A stretch of 64,000 nucleotides of DNA from Gekko japonicus (GCF_001447785.1 NW_015164187.1:676552-740551), one strand, 5' to 3'. Positions 48,101 through 62,095 are shown, counted from the stretch's first letter. Notes: generated by a model from the letters alone, not told the origin. Translations and numbers: made by a program.

Positions 48101-48439
48101 GGAGAAGACTCTTGAGAGTCCCTTGGACTGCAAAAAGATCAAATCAGTCAATCCTAAAAGAAATCAACCCTGACTGCTCCCTGGAAGGCCAGATAATACT
48201 TTGGCCACCAAATGAGAAGGGAGCACTCACTGGAGAAGACCCTGATGCTGGGAAAGATTGAAGGTCAAAGAAGACGGGGACGGCAAAGGATGAGATGGTT
48301 AGACAGTGTCATCGATGCAACGAACATGAAATTGAGCACACTTCAGAGGACGGCGGAAGACAGGAGGGCCTGGAGGGAGATGATCCATGGGGTCGCGAAG
48401 AGTCTGACTCGACTGTGCGACTGAACAACAACAACAACA
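45190..48439 (+). mobile_element. Near full-length RTE-BovB LINE, 12-bp TSD
   Basis: EN (IGTWNVRSM, GDWNAKVG, NQIDYI, GSDHEL) and RT (NYRTIALISH, QAGFRRGRGT, LRYADD) domains, (CAA)n tail. TSD ACATGTTGTCAT at 45178-45189 and 48440-48451. Confidence 0.97.
45414..48424 (+). pseudogene. BovB endonuclease-reverse transcriptase ORF with two frameshifts
   Basis: Split across ORFs 45414..45941, 45862..48261 and 48212..48424. Frameshift near 45870 and a 17-bp deletion near 48196 relative to the copy at 24251. Confidence 0.93.
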
Positions 48440-50337
48440 ACATGTTGTCATGCTTAGACTCTGGAGAAAGAAAAGGAATGACATTACTAGTCTATTATGC
48501 AGGCAATGCCTCGTGATAATGCAGAAAGATGCTGCCTAGGAAGCTTGCTACAATATTCTTCACTACTACTCCATATTGGATGATACCCAGGGTGTCCCTA
48601 CAATTGGTACCAATATTCAGGACTCAGTGCTCAAGTGTGATGCAGTTCCAGATCAATAACCAATTTCCAGCTCCAGATTTTCCATCTTGTTTAAACAGAT
48701 TAACAAGGACCACAGCAGAGACTCCTATCTGTCCAGTATTAACTTCCATAATCTCAGAACAGCTGTTACACATATTTGATTCCAAACCATGCCAACAGCT
48801 TTGCTTGAAGGTTACTACTCCCAAAAATTGTCTGTTTTGCATTTATGGTTTTGTAGAGCTCCGTATTCAAACAATTTGCCTCATTATATTCTGTCTTCCT
48901 CTCTTTACACAGAGCCTAAAACCAAATTTCTTTCAGCACTCTTAAAGGGCTTAAACTCCTCCTTGGAAGCAGAGAAGCTGATTTTCTTCTTCTCTCAGAT
49001 ACTGACTTACTCGTTTCATAGAGTGTTGTTGTTTACTTGGCAGGCAAGCTAATACTGGCAAAAAGTCATATCTCAGATGTTTTAACATGACAAGCACTTT
49101 CAGATCAGGTATTTTAATGATGTTATTTATGATTTATGTTCTTTGTGATTGGTTGTAATAGTCTTCAGCTACACATGGCAAATGCTATCAGTAACAAAAA
49201 ATGGCACATTGGTGAAGGAAACTAAACTCTGCCCTCTCCTTCCACTGCTGTGCTCCACTGTTCTAGTAGTTTCTCTTCCCACTTGTCTCTCTTTTGGTAT
49301 TACAGCTGAGCTGAGATTAAAATGCTTATAGCAACAGATTGTGAGAAGGTTGGGAGAGAACTACTAGGGTCGTGTACTTCTTTCGCCACTTTTCCAAGTA
49401 AACAATTGCACAGACATTTTTGTACATTTTCAAATTTCTAGAACTAGGAAAAAAACTCATATTTGTACCTAGTAAAGTCTTTAGAAATACCAAATCCTCT
49501 TGATAAAAGTTATCTTTCTTAAGCAGAGTTCCACCTTTGAGTGTATCAATTTCAGTTTAATCTAGTTTGTGCACTGGTATTGTTAGAAGATAGTTTAGAT
49601 AGCCATTCAGCACCAGAAGGGGGGCAACTGACAAATTTACTTTGAAAGGTTTGTAATCCACTGGTAGAATGCTCCACTTGAACGGATTTCTATCGTCTAC
49701 CCAGACTTCTTACAAGAACATTATCAGTTTGCTGAAGTGCTTAATGGATGTAGTCCAAATATAGACAAGATAAACGCTCAGTTCCTTAGAGCTATTCTGA
49801 GACTTCTCTAAACATTTAACAGTGACAGTTATAAATCTCAAAATGGGATGATGCTCGTCACCAGTAGCTACTACAAAGATCTGGGCCATAATACTCTGGC
49901 TATTTGCTAGAGATTCATCCTGTAGTTATGCTTCTTTGTACTTTGAGAGGCATGTATGATCAAATAGAATCCAAAAAATTAATAGTGCTGGATTTTCTAT
50001 TCCAGCATTACCATTTTACAGTCTGGAGAAGGCCCAGGTATTAGTGATAATGGATTAACAGAATACATATGCTGCAGCATACACACCTTGTTGAACTTTA
50101 ACCTTGGATTTAAAGTTCCCAGTACTTGTACAAATTAAGAATGTTAAGTGTACCAAAATCAAGGAGTTTTTTTTTTTTACAATAGCATGTTGCCATGTTT
50201 TGCCATCAATAATCCTTGAGAGTCATTACAAATGCTTCAAATGCTCAACTGTGTCCTTGTGGTAGAAGGGTAAGAGAGATCATGGTTTATGTGTTGCTCT
50301 TTTGTAGTTACTATAAAGGAGTCAGAGATGAAGTCGA

Positions 50338-50525
50338 TCTGGCGTAGTGTAGTTAAGAATGCCGGACTGGGATGTGGAACAACAGAGTTTGAATCCCCAC
50401 TCTGCCACAGAAGCTTACCAGGTGGATCTTGGGCCCATCTCAATCTCTCAGCTTAGCCTACCTCACAAGGAGGGTGTTACGAAGATAAAGTGGAGGAGGA
50501 CAGAATGGGATAAAGCTGTTTTGGG
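50338..50525 (+). mobile_element. Squam3-like SINE, older
   Basis: TGGCGTAGTGTAGTTAAG...GAGTTTGAATCCCC...CCTACCTCACAAGG...GGGATATAAATAA. Confidence 0.7.
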
Positions 50526-52446
50526 TCCTGACTCCTGACTAAGGGGAGAAGTGGGATATAAATAATTGCTCTGTTCTTGGCTGAGATATTAGGCCTTTCA
50601 GCAGAACAGCTTGTTATCCTTTTTCTTGCTGTGGCAAATGTACATATTTTAATATAATCATTGAGACTATGTTTTGGATGCTGAAAGAACTCTGTTAACC
50701 AAATATGTACAAGTGCTATAATTTGTTTTAATGACTATCACCAAAGGTCTGTTGACCATATAATAAAGATGATTATTCTGAGAAGAAAAGGTAACATTTG
50801 CCTCCACGAGATTTAATCACAGCCTTGGGTTTCACATCCTAATCCTCTTGATATCATCCACAAATCCTGATGCAGTCTCTCCTACCTCCCTATAATGCAC
50901 CTAGAACAATGATTAAGTCTTTAAGTGGCAGCTGATATCTGTAGATACTACAAATATTGCTTTCGTCCTTTCTCATTCACCTTTCTGAAAAAAAATATCC
51001 TTCAACAGTACCAAGGAAGACTGCACGCTCTTGGGAAACTTGTTACATGCCACGTACCATTGATGGCACTGAACACCATCACATAACAGGATCAAAAAGC
51101 ATCAAGGACCATAAGCAATCAATGATGGAGTGAAAGTCAAGTATTTTTCATATTATACTTAGTCCAGTGCCTGAAAGGACACTGTGTATTTGTATGTATA
51201 AGTGCTGTCACAGAGCAGTTCAGCAGCACCCTGAGTGAGGTCATGGAATTCTGAAGTTTATTTTTTTTAAAGGTACCTTGTTACAAGAACTGCCATTTGA
51301 GGTTAAAATGACATAGATTTTCTTAGACTATAAGCTTTCTAATTAGATCAACACAGCTGCAAAATCTTTTATTGTTTACCATAAGGCCCTGCTTTGTAAT
51401 ATATTCTATTCAGCTATGAAACTATCTATGACTATAAAGTAGTTTAGAGATCTGATTTTTTAAAAAGAAAAGGGCTATTTTAATAGCATCTTAGTAACCA
51501 TTTCCGCAGCAGGTTTCTTCTATTTACTTCATTATTGATGTTATACACAAGTATCTTTTCCAAATTCACAACAGAAATATTCATGCAACTTGTCTGCTTG
51601 CCATCATTAATAATTTTTACCATTCAGTTTACTGCAGGGATTGCTTTCTGATGCAGATAAAACATATTTTTATATGCCAATCAATCATGAGTTCCCTGCT
51701 AATATCAATAATTTGACATTAAATATTTCTTTTCTACTTTAAAGGGCTGTTTTATAGCTATATTTTTATTGCTGCCTTACCCTCTTAACCAAGGTAATTT
51801 TAATATCACACCATCTTTTGCAAATTATAGCTTTTTTCATTTAGTAATTACAACTTCCCTCCTTCAACTTTATTTCAAAACCGAGCATTTTAAAATTCCC
51901 TTTTAAAAAGTATTCTCTCCCCAGTGGATTCTCTGCATATATCAATGCATTTTTAATACATTTTTCAGGTGTAATATACTACAGTCCTTTAAATCTATGG
52001 AATTTAGAGTATTCTCTATGGAACCTTTTCCTGTTAAATTTCCTGTTATAAAATACACGTAGCAGTTGACTAAATTATTTAAAGACTCTATACACTTTTT
52101 AACCATCATCTTATGGTTAACAGAGAGACAGTACAGTATTCTGGCAGGTGTCTATGCAAGCACAAGAATGGGGTTGCTGCATGCAATCCAGGTAGTGCGG
52201 AAGCATTCACTCTTCTGCCTTCTTAAATTCTGGGATTCAACTGCATGCCTGCATAGATGGACTGCTGCCACTTCTGTGGCAATGGCACTGTTTACTCTGG
52301 GAATGTGCAAAGGAGAGCCAAGGCTGTGCTGAATTATCCATCATGGCATTAGGGAACTGGTTCTATTCCTGGAATTCCGAGAGCTCCGTCTTTTATTAGC
52401 TGGTTGCCTATTTCCATTTCACAGGGCTTTTCCTCTCCTATATAAG

Positions 52447-52688
52447 CTTGATGTAGTGGTTAAGAGGCAGACTCTAATCTGCAGAACTGGGTTTGATTCC
52501 CCACTCCTCCACATGCAGTCAGTTGTGTGACCTTGGGTCCGTCACAGTTCTCTCAGAGCTCTCTCAGCTCCACCTACATCACAGGGTGTCTGTTGTGGGA
52601 AGAGGAAGGGAAGGAGATTGTAAGCCGCTCTGAGACTGGTTCCAGTAGTGAAGAGCAGGCTATACAACCAACAACTCCTCCTCCTCCC
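52447..52688 (+). mobile_element. Squam3-like SINE
   Basis: Homologous to 62281-62552. Confidence 0.8.
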
Positions 52689-52838
52689 ACTGCCAGATCT
52701 CTTCATACTCTAGTCTGGTCCCACACTTCGTTTTCTCTAGACCATGCAACTGTTTCCATATAATTTCTTATTCTACTGTTTCATTTCTTATTCCCGTTTT
52801 CTCTCTTGTAAAACTAGTAGTTTCCTCTCCATTTGCCT

Positions 52839-53015
52839 TTGAAGGTCAAAGAAGACGGGGACGGCAAAGGATGAGATGGTTAGACAGTGTCATAGATGCA
52901 ACGAACATGAAATTAAGCAAACTTCAGAGGACGGCAGAAGACCGGAAGGCCTGGCGTGATCTGGTCCATGGGGTCGCGAAGAGTCGGACTCGACTGTGCG
53001 ACTGAACAACAACAA
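52839..53015 (+). mobile_element. BovB 3' terminal fragment
   Basis: Near-identical to 48259-48430 and 24330-24495; (CAA)n tail. Confidence 0.93.
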
Positions 53016-53102
53016 ATAAAGGCATAGTGCTTCCAAATTATATTGCATTAACATCCCATTTCTGCCCTCCTTTACTTTGCACCTCATATTTCAACTGGCA
53101 GC

Positions 53103-53140
53103 TAATAATAATAATAATCATCATCATCATCATCATCATC
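53103..53140. repeat. Compound (AAT)n(CAT)n microsatellite
   Basis: Direct observation. Confidence 0.9.
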
Positions 53141-53643
53141 TTTCACTTTATTAATCGCTCAATCCTTGCAGAGCTGCCGGCTCTGAGCGATGTACAGTTA
53201 TTCTTTTGACACAGGACTAACAATGAGGGGGGTAAGGGAGGACAAACATATATCATTTAAATTGCACACACTTCCAAAGTCGACAGGGAGTTTAGGTCTG
53301 GACTTATTTGTTTAAATTTATCACTAGTGTCCAATATACTGAGAACTAGGAAAATGTAATAAATAAACATTATCAGAGACTTCCACCGAAAGAAAGTATT
53401 GAGGTCTAATCACTGATTAAATAACTTCCCTTACTTACAGAGCTGGCATCAGCACAGCCTGAAGCGTGGCATCTGCCAGGCTCAGGACTGCTGGCAGGGC
53501 CCATTGTCACTGGTCCCCGCTCACACACCTCCTCTGCCATGTGCTTGCATGCCCTTCCCTCCTTTGCTTACTTGCATGCACTTCACCTCCTGCACTCCTA
53601 GCTAGCTGGGTTGACCAGCACTGCACTGGAAGATGGTCCCAGC

Positions 53644-53845
53644 CAGTGTTCCCTCTAAGCTGAATTAGTGTGAGCTAGCTCACAGTTTTACAGCCTGCAC
53701 ATTTCTGTCTTAGCTCAGGAAGGATGGCTCCAGGAGCAAACTAATTTATATGCAGTAGCCAGATTGCTCACTCACAGATGTAATGCCAGTAGCTCACAAA
53801 GTAGAATTTTTGCTCACAGGACTCTCAAACTTTGAGGGAGCATTG
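53644..53845. mobile_element. hAT MITE with 8-bp TSD
   Basis: TIR CAGTGTTCCCTCTAA ... TTTGAGGGAGCATTG; TSD GTCCCAGC / GTTCCAGC. Confidence 0.8.
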
Positions 53846-54167
53846 GTTCCAGCAGCAGTACTCCCAGCTGCACACACCTCCCAGTGTCACTGAGGAATGG
53901 GCATTCAGGTGCCTGTGGGAGGGGTCATGAGCATGCAGGACAAGGATGCACATAGACCTACTTGGCATTTGCCAGATCAGACTTAATGGACAAAAAATTC
54001 ATACAGTTTTCCATCAAACTCTCACCAATTGTGAAGCCCTCAAAAACTGGAGTCAGACTAGATCAAATTAAAGCTCAGAATGCAAAGTCTGCATCTAAAA
54101 TGAACAAGTCACATTTGCCCACTGAAGCAGAAACCTACTCAGCTACTCCACAAAATTTTCAAGATTA

Positions 54168-54355
54168 CGGTTTGGATCCAGGCTAACATTCCCATGGGCA
54201 CAAGGAATTGTCCCACCATCCTTATCCTGTAGTCCAAACAGGAATAGTATTTGGGGGGCCGTTTCAGGCTGCCACATGAGGTGGGAGGCAGGAAAATCAG
54301 GTTCTGTGGGCAGAAATCCTTGCACCTATGGAGATGTTGCTCTTGATCCAAACTA
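54168..54355. mobile_element. Old palindromic MITE (Harbinger-like)
   Basis: Imperfect ~40-bp inverted arms GGTTTGGATCCAGG..CAAGGA / TCCTTG..TGATCCAAAC. Similar decayed hairpins occur near 25298-25430 and 55058-55152. Confidence 0.5.
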
Positions 54356-56092
54356 TTATGGTTACAGTGCTGGGTCAAATAATACTGCCTTGGCCTTTTT
54401 AGCAGCAAAATTAGAACTCTCCAATGAACTACCACAATTGTCCATTCCTTTGCATTTGTGGAAGAGGTAAATGTCTGAGAGTTGCACTACAACACTGATG
54501 AAGCACTGAGGTACCCTCTAGTCGGTGTTCTTCAGCTTTAGGCCAAAGGCAGAGCTAGAGCGGAAATGAAGAGAACACAGAAGTAATTGCTAGAATTACT
54601 AAAGTAAAGTCTCTTTGAAGTGTATAATTAGCTGAAGGGATGCCAGAGTTATTTGGAAGGCATTCAAGATTTCTGAAAGATACAACTACAGCAATTAGTT
54701 TTGCTGCCTTCTGCTGCTGCGATGACTACCTGCAGGACTAGCTGAGAGCAATCCTGCTAGTCTTAACAGCAGCTATTAAGGTTCATCATTCAGCGAAGTG
54801 CCTGAAAAGAAGTTCTAAGACAGAGGAAGCAATCAGTTCACTGAGTGGAGGGGCGGGGGGGGGGTATCTGTAATGAAGATTAGCATTACTGCAGCCTGCC
54901 TTTTTCTAAAAGAGTCAGTTACAGATTTTAGTTTAGTAAATAGTGGGGACAGAATTTAATCAACAAATCACTGGTTTTAACATATGATTCTGTGGGAAAT
55001 TCTTTCAATGGTCAACAGCCCTAGCATCTTTCAGAAGATGCGAAAGAAGATGAAAGCAACGGTGCAATCCCATGAATGCATACCAGGGATCAAACCCCAT
55101 TGTACCCAGTGGGATATACTCCTTAGTAAACTTATACAGGAATGGACAGTAAACTGATAAAAGCAAGAATCTTTTCAACTAAAGTGCTTACAGCAATTTT
55201 TGCCCCATGCAGTAATGCATACAGCAGAGTTCATTTTTCAGATGACTTCTGAATAAATTTTCTCCTGTAAGCTAACGAGATGCACCACCAAAATGAAGTT
55301 CACATTACATGTCAGAACTTTTAAATAAAGTGGGAAGGCTGTAAAATACAGGAAAAAATATCAACTGGATCCAGTGATTACTCAGAGATAACTTTCATCT
55401 CAAGCATCTATAGAAGCTACATTGATAGGTTTAAATTTAATACTATTTAGCTTCCAGAGAGGCAACTGGAAAAATAATCTACTTCCTTCTGCATCACTTT
55501 TATATCACGTTGACCTTTTCAAACAGGTAACTTCAGATGAAAAGTAGATTTTGCCTAATTATTTTTCTTGGCTAGTTATTTAATAAATGAAAGGAAAACT
55601 CACTTTCTGAGGTGTTAAATATTTTACATGCAACCAATCTGGCATTCGCTTAATCTGTAGGTACATTTTAGAGGTGCAAATGTAAATGTCAATGATATAA
55701 TTTGTTAAAGGCTTCTGACAACTAGCAAGTAAAGTCACCACAAGTTCTCACAATTCAAACCACTTTTACGTAAATGTGAGCTTTTCCTAAAACAGCTAAA
55801 TAAGAGACCTTTCCATCCAGGCTGAATGAAGCTTTTAAAAGATACTCCTAGCAGTAGCTTTTCCACTACTAAGCTTTAAAAAACCACTACAAAAATTAGG
55901 CTTTTATGACCTTTGTTTTTTTAAGAAAGCTGGTCACAAGGTAGCATTATTAAATCTAGTATTTTTGTCACCATCAGGGACAGTCTCCTCTTTTATAAGG
56001 GCAGAGTGCAACATGCAGCAGATACAGATTTCAAAGGTATATAAACCCTGCAACATGCAGAAAATACAGATTTTAAGTACTTTTTCACTTAC

Positions 56093-56150
56093 CAGACATG
56101 AAGCTGTGCTACTAAAAACCATGAATTCAATGTGTCAGGCATCTGAAATG
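56093..56150 (-). CDS. UQCC1: UQCC1 coding exon (S-FQMPDTLNSWFLVAQLHVW)
   Basis: 58 bp, ttttaaag acceptor, gtaagt donor. Phase is compatible with both neighbouring exons and it carries the CBP3-family motif MPDT.NSWF...LHVW. Confidence 0.96.
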
Positions 56151-57817
56151 CTTTAAAAAAATTGTAAGATTTTTTTCCATTACTTTCTTCACTTTTTAAA
56201 AAATGCAAATTAAATGGTGTGCATCCAATCCCTCCCCACACCCACTCCTAGTAAATAAGCTGAAAGAGTTTGTACACATACAGAGGGGAAGGTGCGATAT
56301 GTACTTCTGGGGCAGCCCCTGGCACTCTTGAAGGTCCTACTGACCTTGGGAGGATTTTTTCAGGGGATAAGGACAGCTGTTGCTGGAGGAAGGAGCTGAA
56401 ATGTTCCCATATACAAGCAAAATACTGAATATTAAGTACTAGGCCAAGACAGCTAACTAAAGGAGAACCAAAAGCCTGAAAATAAATGGCATTTGTCTTT
56501 CAGATTTTGAGAGAGAGAATAAATTTACTGTGTTCTTAGTAGAATAACATAAATGGTCTGTAGATGCTACTTTTAATGGGGATTCCCAACACCAAAGTAG
56601 CCCTCCAGCCTCTAGCACTGGGGCAGCTGAACACCAGCAAGAAATGTTTGCAGTTCAGACCCATTTGTCTGAACAGAAGCCACTTTAGCTGTTCTAATAC
56701 AAGCCACCTCTTCCACTACAGTAGCAAAAGCAGCAATTAGAACTGCACAGTAAGCAGTTTAGGTAGTGCCCAAACAACTGACTTGAATAGAAATCAATGT
56801 TTTAAAAATACAGCAAGCACGAAATCAAATATAAACATGCTTTAACAGTTGTAGAAATATCAATAAACCAAACCCCTTCAAATTAAAAAAAAACATGCTA
56901 TTACAGATATTCTGCTTTTTTGCTCTGTTGCCTCCCCCCACTAGGCCAACACAGCTGTCTACATTTTGTGTTATATGTTGCCACAATAAGCATCCTTGAG
57001 ACTCTGAAGTTTAGCATCTGCTTCCTTCTCTACCCTGAAAGATTCTGACATTCAGCATACAAACAGTAAAATTTGCTCTTAATATATATAACTGAAATGA
57101 AAAATATTGACCACCTATACCTTTAGCACCTTACAATAACAGTATCAAAAGTTCTACTGCACAAATGTGTATGGGAACAATAGTGGATTTCATACAATCA
57201 AATTTTCATGATCAAAACTTCTCCTAGAGAGATTGGTGGGATTGAGCCACTGCTTGGCAATACTAGCAACAAGAAGACACGGCTACAGGCCATCCACCTA
57301 AACCTCTTGTCATACACCTGCTATTAAAGATTTCTGGTCATCTTCTTATTTATTAACCACCAAACAATTTAACTTGTTGCTAATTGCAGAGTTATATTAA
57401 CTACTCTTGTAATCATAGCATTAAAGATCCATTATGTGCTTGAACGCTTCACATAACATAGAATGGTTGGAAAATAAATTGAGCATACAAGAACGGCAAC
57501 AACAACAGCAAAAACAATGCCTGGGTTATTTTTAAACAACAAAACTTTAAGTTTTTCATATTCATTGGTATTTTGTTTTTTTTAAAATACTGATGAGACA
57601 GGAATGACCTGTTTATTCTTCTTTTCAAAAAACAATGTAATGGTTATGTAATTTTGTTTCAATTTCACCATTCCTTTTAGGAGATAGAACGAATGGTCAA
57701 ATTTTGTAGACTGGGTTTAAGTATACATGCTTAGGAAGACAACAGCAAGGTTTGATTACGCTTGCTCAATCATAATCTCAAAGAGAAGAACAGGTGAAGC
57801 CAGATAGAAAAACTTAC

Positions 57818-57890
57818 AGTTAAAGAACTCCTCATAATCTGTTTTCTCCACACAGCATGTGTACATGCGCAGTGCTGCTATTTTAATTTT
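57818..57890 (-). CDS. UQCC1: UQCC1 coding exon (KIKIAALRMYTCCVEKTDYEEFFN)
   Basis: 73 bp, ctag acceptor, gtaagt donor. Matches UQCC1 'KIKIAALRMYT.CVEKTD.EEFF'. Confidence 0.96.
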
Positions 57891-58223
57891 CTAGAGAAAA
57901 ATAATAATTACCATTAATACTTATCACACATGTATAATGTTACTGTGTTTTCATTAATCATGCAAACATGCTAAACTTTTTGGTAATCAAAATTATACGT
58001 GTCAGGGATGCACTGATCTCTTACAAAACAACAGTCATCTCAAAAGCATTTGTAAAAGCAGTGATGCAGATCAGCCTGATGTGTCTTTTGAAATCCACCG
58101 GTGATTTACACATAATATATATTACGCATTCTCTATTACTCAAAATGCACCACAATATTAAAGTATTTAGCTTAGGCAAGAGACACTGTCACACTGCTGA
58201 CAGACTATTCTAATAATCTAGCA

Positions 58224-58641
58224 CAGAGATGTCAAACTCATTTGTTATGAAGACCGGAGCTGACATAGATGTCACTTTATTGGACTAGGCCATGTGTGCC
58301 ATAAACGTAATGCCAGGCAGCGGAAACAGAAAGTATATAAATGGCAGCAGCCGGTAAGCTCCAGGTTAGTATATCCTCATTGCAAGGTCCCATGGGTTGG
58401 GGGGGGGAGGTGCAGAGGAAAACCCACATAGGCGGACTGGAGAGGCAGCAGTGCAGCACTGGGCAGATGCTCCCACGATGCTTGACTGCTGCAGATGAGG
58501 TTGTTCTGCCCTGCTGAAGTCACAATGGAGTGGCTCCGCCTACTCCCCCAGCATTCCCTCCCTTCCGCCAGTTGCTCACTGGCCACATAAGAGCCCTAGA
58601 TGGGCTGGTTCTGGCCCCCTGGCCTTATGTTTGACACCCTG
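58224..58641. mobile_element. hAT-Charlie MITE with 8-bp TSD
   Basis: TIR CAGAGATGTCAAAC ... GTTTGACACCCTG; TSD ATCTAGCA / ACCTAGCA. Confidence 0.85.
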
Positions 58642-61031
58642 ACCTAGCAAGTAACCCATCTTTTCATTAGTTAGCTATACTTCTGAATGCAGTTAATCTG
58701 TGTAGGCATTAGACTGGATTCAAAGACTCTCTTCCACTAACAGCAGAATCCTAAACAGATTTATGCCCTTCTAAATCAACAAACACCAAAAGAGGTAACT
58801 CTGCCTAGGAAAGCACTGTAAGATTCTTCATGTTTAGGATCCAAGGCTTCCAATTATATAGAATTTTAAACAACTCAATGGTTTGCCATAATTACCCAAC
58901 ATTATTATGTCTTTCAAATGAGACAATAACATGGAATTAATCAACAGTGTAAAATAACTTTTGACAAATTATCAAGAAGAATATTATGTTCATTGGATTC
59001 TGTTTATTTGCTTAGCTAAACAGCCTGTTAGGGAAGATATTTAGCAGAACTGGCAAAATATATTCTCAAACCTGCTCTGGCTACTGGCCATAATCCCCTT
59101 TTGCTCCAGGAAATAACAACTAGCAGGTTTATTATTTGTTCTAACAATTTCCTGGGCAGTAAATATTATGTTATTCATGCCTCTTTAGATACTCTAATTC
59201 CACTTCCACCTTCTTTCCAAGAAGTTCAAGCCAGTTTCTCAGGTAATGTGCACTGATTCACGAAATCAGTTTTCTAACTGCTTTTAGTGAACCTCCCTAA
59301 GGAAAAGTATTGTTCAAACCTCTGCAAGACTACGCAAAGCAAAAGAAGAAGCAGGCAACTCTCTGATGGTATTCTTCCATTCCAGTTTTGGTAATATGCA
59401 GGGTAAAGCAGCAGTGAGCAAAAAGAATCAAAAGTGCCCCCAAAAGCGATATAAATGGAAATGAAAAAAATCTATTTCAGAAAAACTACACATTCATCTC
59501 ATTCATTTCCAGTGTGGGAACATTAAATGCATAGCAGACAACACACAGTCCTAGGTATGTGAGGAGGAGTATTTGATTCATGTATTCAGGAACTTGGCTG
59601 AATGAATGATTATCGTATGAATGATTATCGTATGAATACATGCTTGATCTTTTGAATATTATGGATTTGGATGTTTTGTTCCCATCCTCTGAGATGCAAT
59701 TCACCACTCCTAATTTACAAATCCATTTTACATTCTACTGTAGATGTTGTCATGCAAGCACAGGATGTAAAAAGCAAGAGGGGACAAAAAGGAAAGCTTT
59801 GCCTTGGCTTTTCAAAATAATACAAAAATCACTCAATACAGCTCCTGTTTGGAGAAAGGGTGCTCTGAGAAACTCACAAATAATGAACTCATCCACCCAC
59901 TGTCCCTCAGAAGTCAGAAAGCACAGCTTTTATTGTACATATCTAAACAGCGGGAGACATATTTAAGTGATATGTAGCTCCACTCTACTCATGTTCCCTC
60001 AGAAGTAGATCTCACTTATTCCAGTTGGCCTCATGATATTGTCCAGGAGACCATTTTTATAAACACAACAGTGCTGCAGTTTTAATGTCTGTGGGGGAAA
60101 ATGTAGTCAGTTCTTATTGCAATGTTTATTGTATAAATTATCTTTTATTACATTACTTTCTAATTTTTGTAATCCAGGTTGATTGCACTCTCTGTTGTAT
60201 GCCTTATATCCTTTAATTACATAGTTTTTAATTTTTGTAATCTGCTTTGAGAATCAGCAAGAAAGGTGAGCTATAAGTGAAAAAATAAAAAATCGAGTGC
60301 ATTTTTAAGTGTGGATAATGCAAGAATTGTATGGCAGAATGATGTTTGCTGAGGCAGAAAATGTTCATCACGGGCTGATGGAATGACTCTTTGTGAGGTA
60401 TGTCTCTTGTTAATCATAATTCAGGAGTATAAAATCACTTTAAAATCTTAAATGCTGAATTCACGTTTTACAGAATTTGTCAGCTAACGCAACCAACATA
60501 CATAAATAACTGGTAAATGTTTTACAGCTACACATCTAAGGAAAGATAAATTATTTGCTCAATATTATGATCTCAAATCTCAAACCACTGTAGGTTGAGC
60601 AAGTCCCAAGTGCAGCTGCAAACAATGACAAGTGAACTGGTCAAGCTGCTGTCTGCTTCTCCTAGAATCTTCTTTTAAACAAAGAATAGATATTGCCATT
60701 TTAGCACTTTAAAACTATTTTCTGTCACTATAGAATGAACTTATTTCTTCAAGTACATGCCAACATTTCAAATTCAACTTCAAACTGCTTTCGAATAGTT
60801 TCTGATTGTTGCCATGCATGCAGATGCCATTCTTTATCTGGTGATATAATTTCCAGAAATTTCAAGTGAATGGCATGAAATAGGGGTCTAACGAATTTGT
60901 GCATTTTAAATAATGTTGTGCCCTTATGTCTTTCAAAGCAAAAATTGTACAGACTGAATACACTTCATTTGAACCTGAACAGCTTCACATAACTGCAATA
61001 TATTCTCTGTAGTTACAAGACAGAGATTACA

Positions 61032-61260
61032 AGAAGAAGAGTAGGTTTTTATACACTGATTTTCTCTACCTTGAGGAGTCTCAAAGCAGCTTACAATCAC
61101 ATTCCCTTCCTTTCCCCACAACAGGCACCTTGTGAGTTTTGAGAAAACTGTGACTGGCCCAAGGTCACTCACCTAGCAGGCTTCATGCAGAGAAGCGGAA
61201 AATCAAACCCTGTTTTTCAGATTAGAGATCGTTATTCTTAACCACTATACCATGCTGGTG
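61032..61260 (-). mobile_element. Squam3-like SINE
   Basis: Homologous to 3890-4163. Confidence 0.75.
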
Positions 61261-62095
61261 TAGTGACAACTGTAAAAATATTTCATTTAGAGCTTTGTTT
61301 TTGCAACCTGTTGCCATATAGGCAAAGTGACTGTATACCAAAGTCACAAGCTTAATATATCAAGGGATTAGAAAAAAGGCATAGGTTTTAAACAGTGACT
61401 GAAATAGGTTGTTAAAAAATGGAGTTATTTCCAGCCTGTAGATCAAGTCTACATTAACTTTTAAATGCTAGTGTTTGTAATGTACGTCTACAGAGATATT
61501 CTTCTGCAATACAAACATTTACTTTGTCACAGAGTCCCAAGGTGTTCTTATCCAACCCATCTGATACATCTAAGCTTTTCAACCTGGTGTTTTCATATAC
61601 TCAATACAATTTAATATCTATATATAGATGAAATGGAGCTGATCCAAGAAAGTCTGACCAAGATTTCATGGGGTTCTGGACAGAGGTTCAAACCAAATGT
61701 GGATGGGAAAGTCCACATGAAGTGCTTATCAGTGGAAGCACCCTGACAAGTGGAGAACAGTAATAGTTACAGCATCGTCTCTTTCCCCCTGTCCCACCAA
61801 GATTTCAACAAATTATAATTTGCAATTATAAGATCAAGAAGCTAATCAAATCAATGACTATATATTATGAGAGCATCAACATGAGTAGAGTGTAGTTTAG
61901 CGGCAGTACATGCACACACGACAAAAGAAATGAAGCAACTTATGACCAACATTATTTAAACAAAATGTAATAACAGGAAAATGTGGAGAGAGTCCAGCCT
62001 GCACATTAGCATGATGAAAACCCTGTTCCGATACAAAAGTAATTACAAGAAATTCAACAGCTTTTTGCAGACAGAAGCTTGAACTAATTTATTTC

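Larger units (their letters stand above)
44600..49040 (-). mobile_element. Degraded L1/Tx1-like 3' region (44600-45177 and 48452-49040) split by the BovB insertion
   Basis: KLWDLFILDKIAY...DKWQPL resembles the L1 ORF2 C-terminus, with a T-rich 3' UTR on minus. The right-hand part is less certain. Confidence 0.5.

Noticed and set aside
59601-59636. 15-bp tandem duplication (and a ~30-bp one near 43508-43577)
   Set aside because: These are ordinary local slippage duplications with no further structure.
60339-60378. Possible C/D box snoRNA (ATGATGT...CTGA)
   Set aside because: The C box is imperfect, the element is too short, there is no terminal stem, and it is antisense to the host gene.
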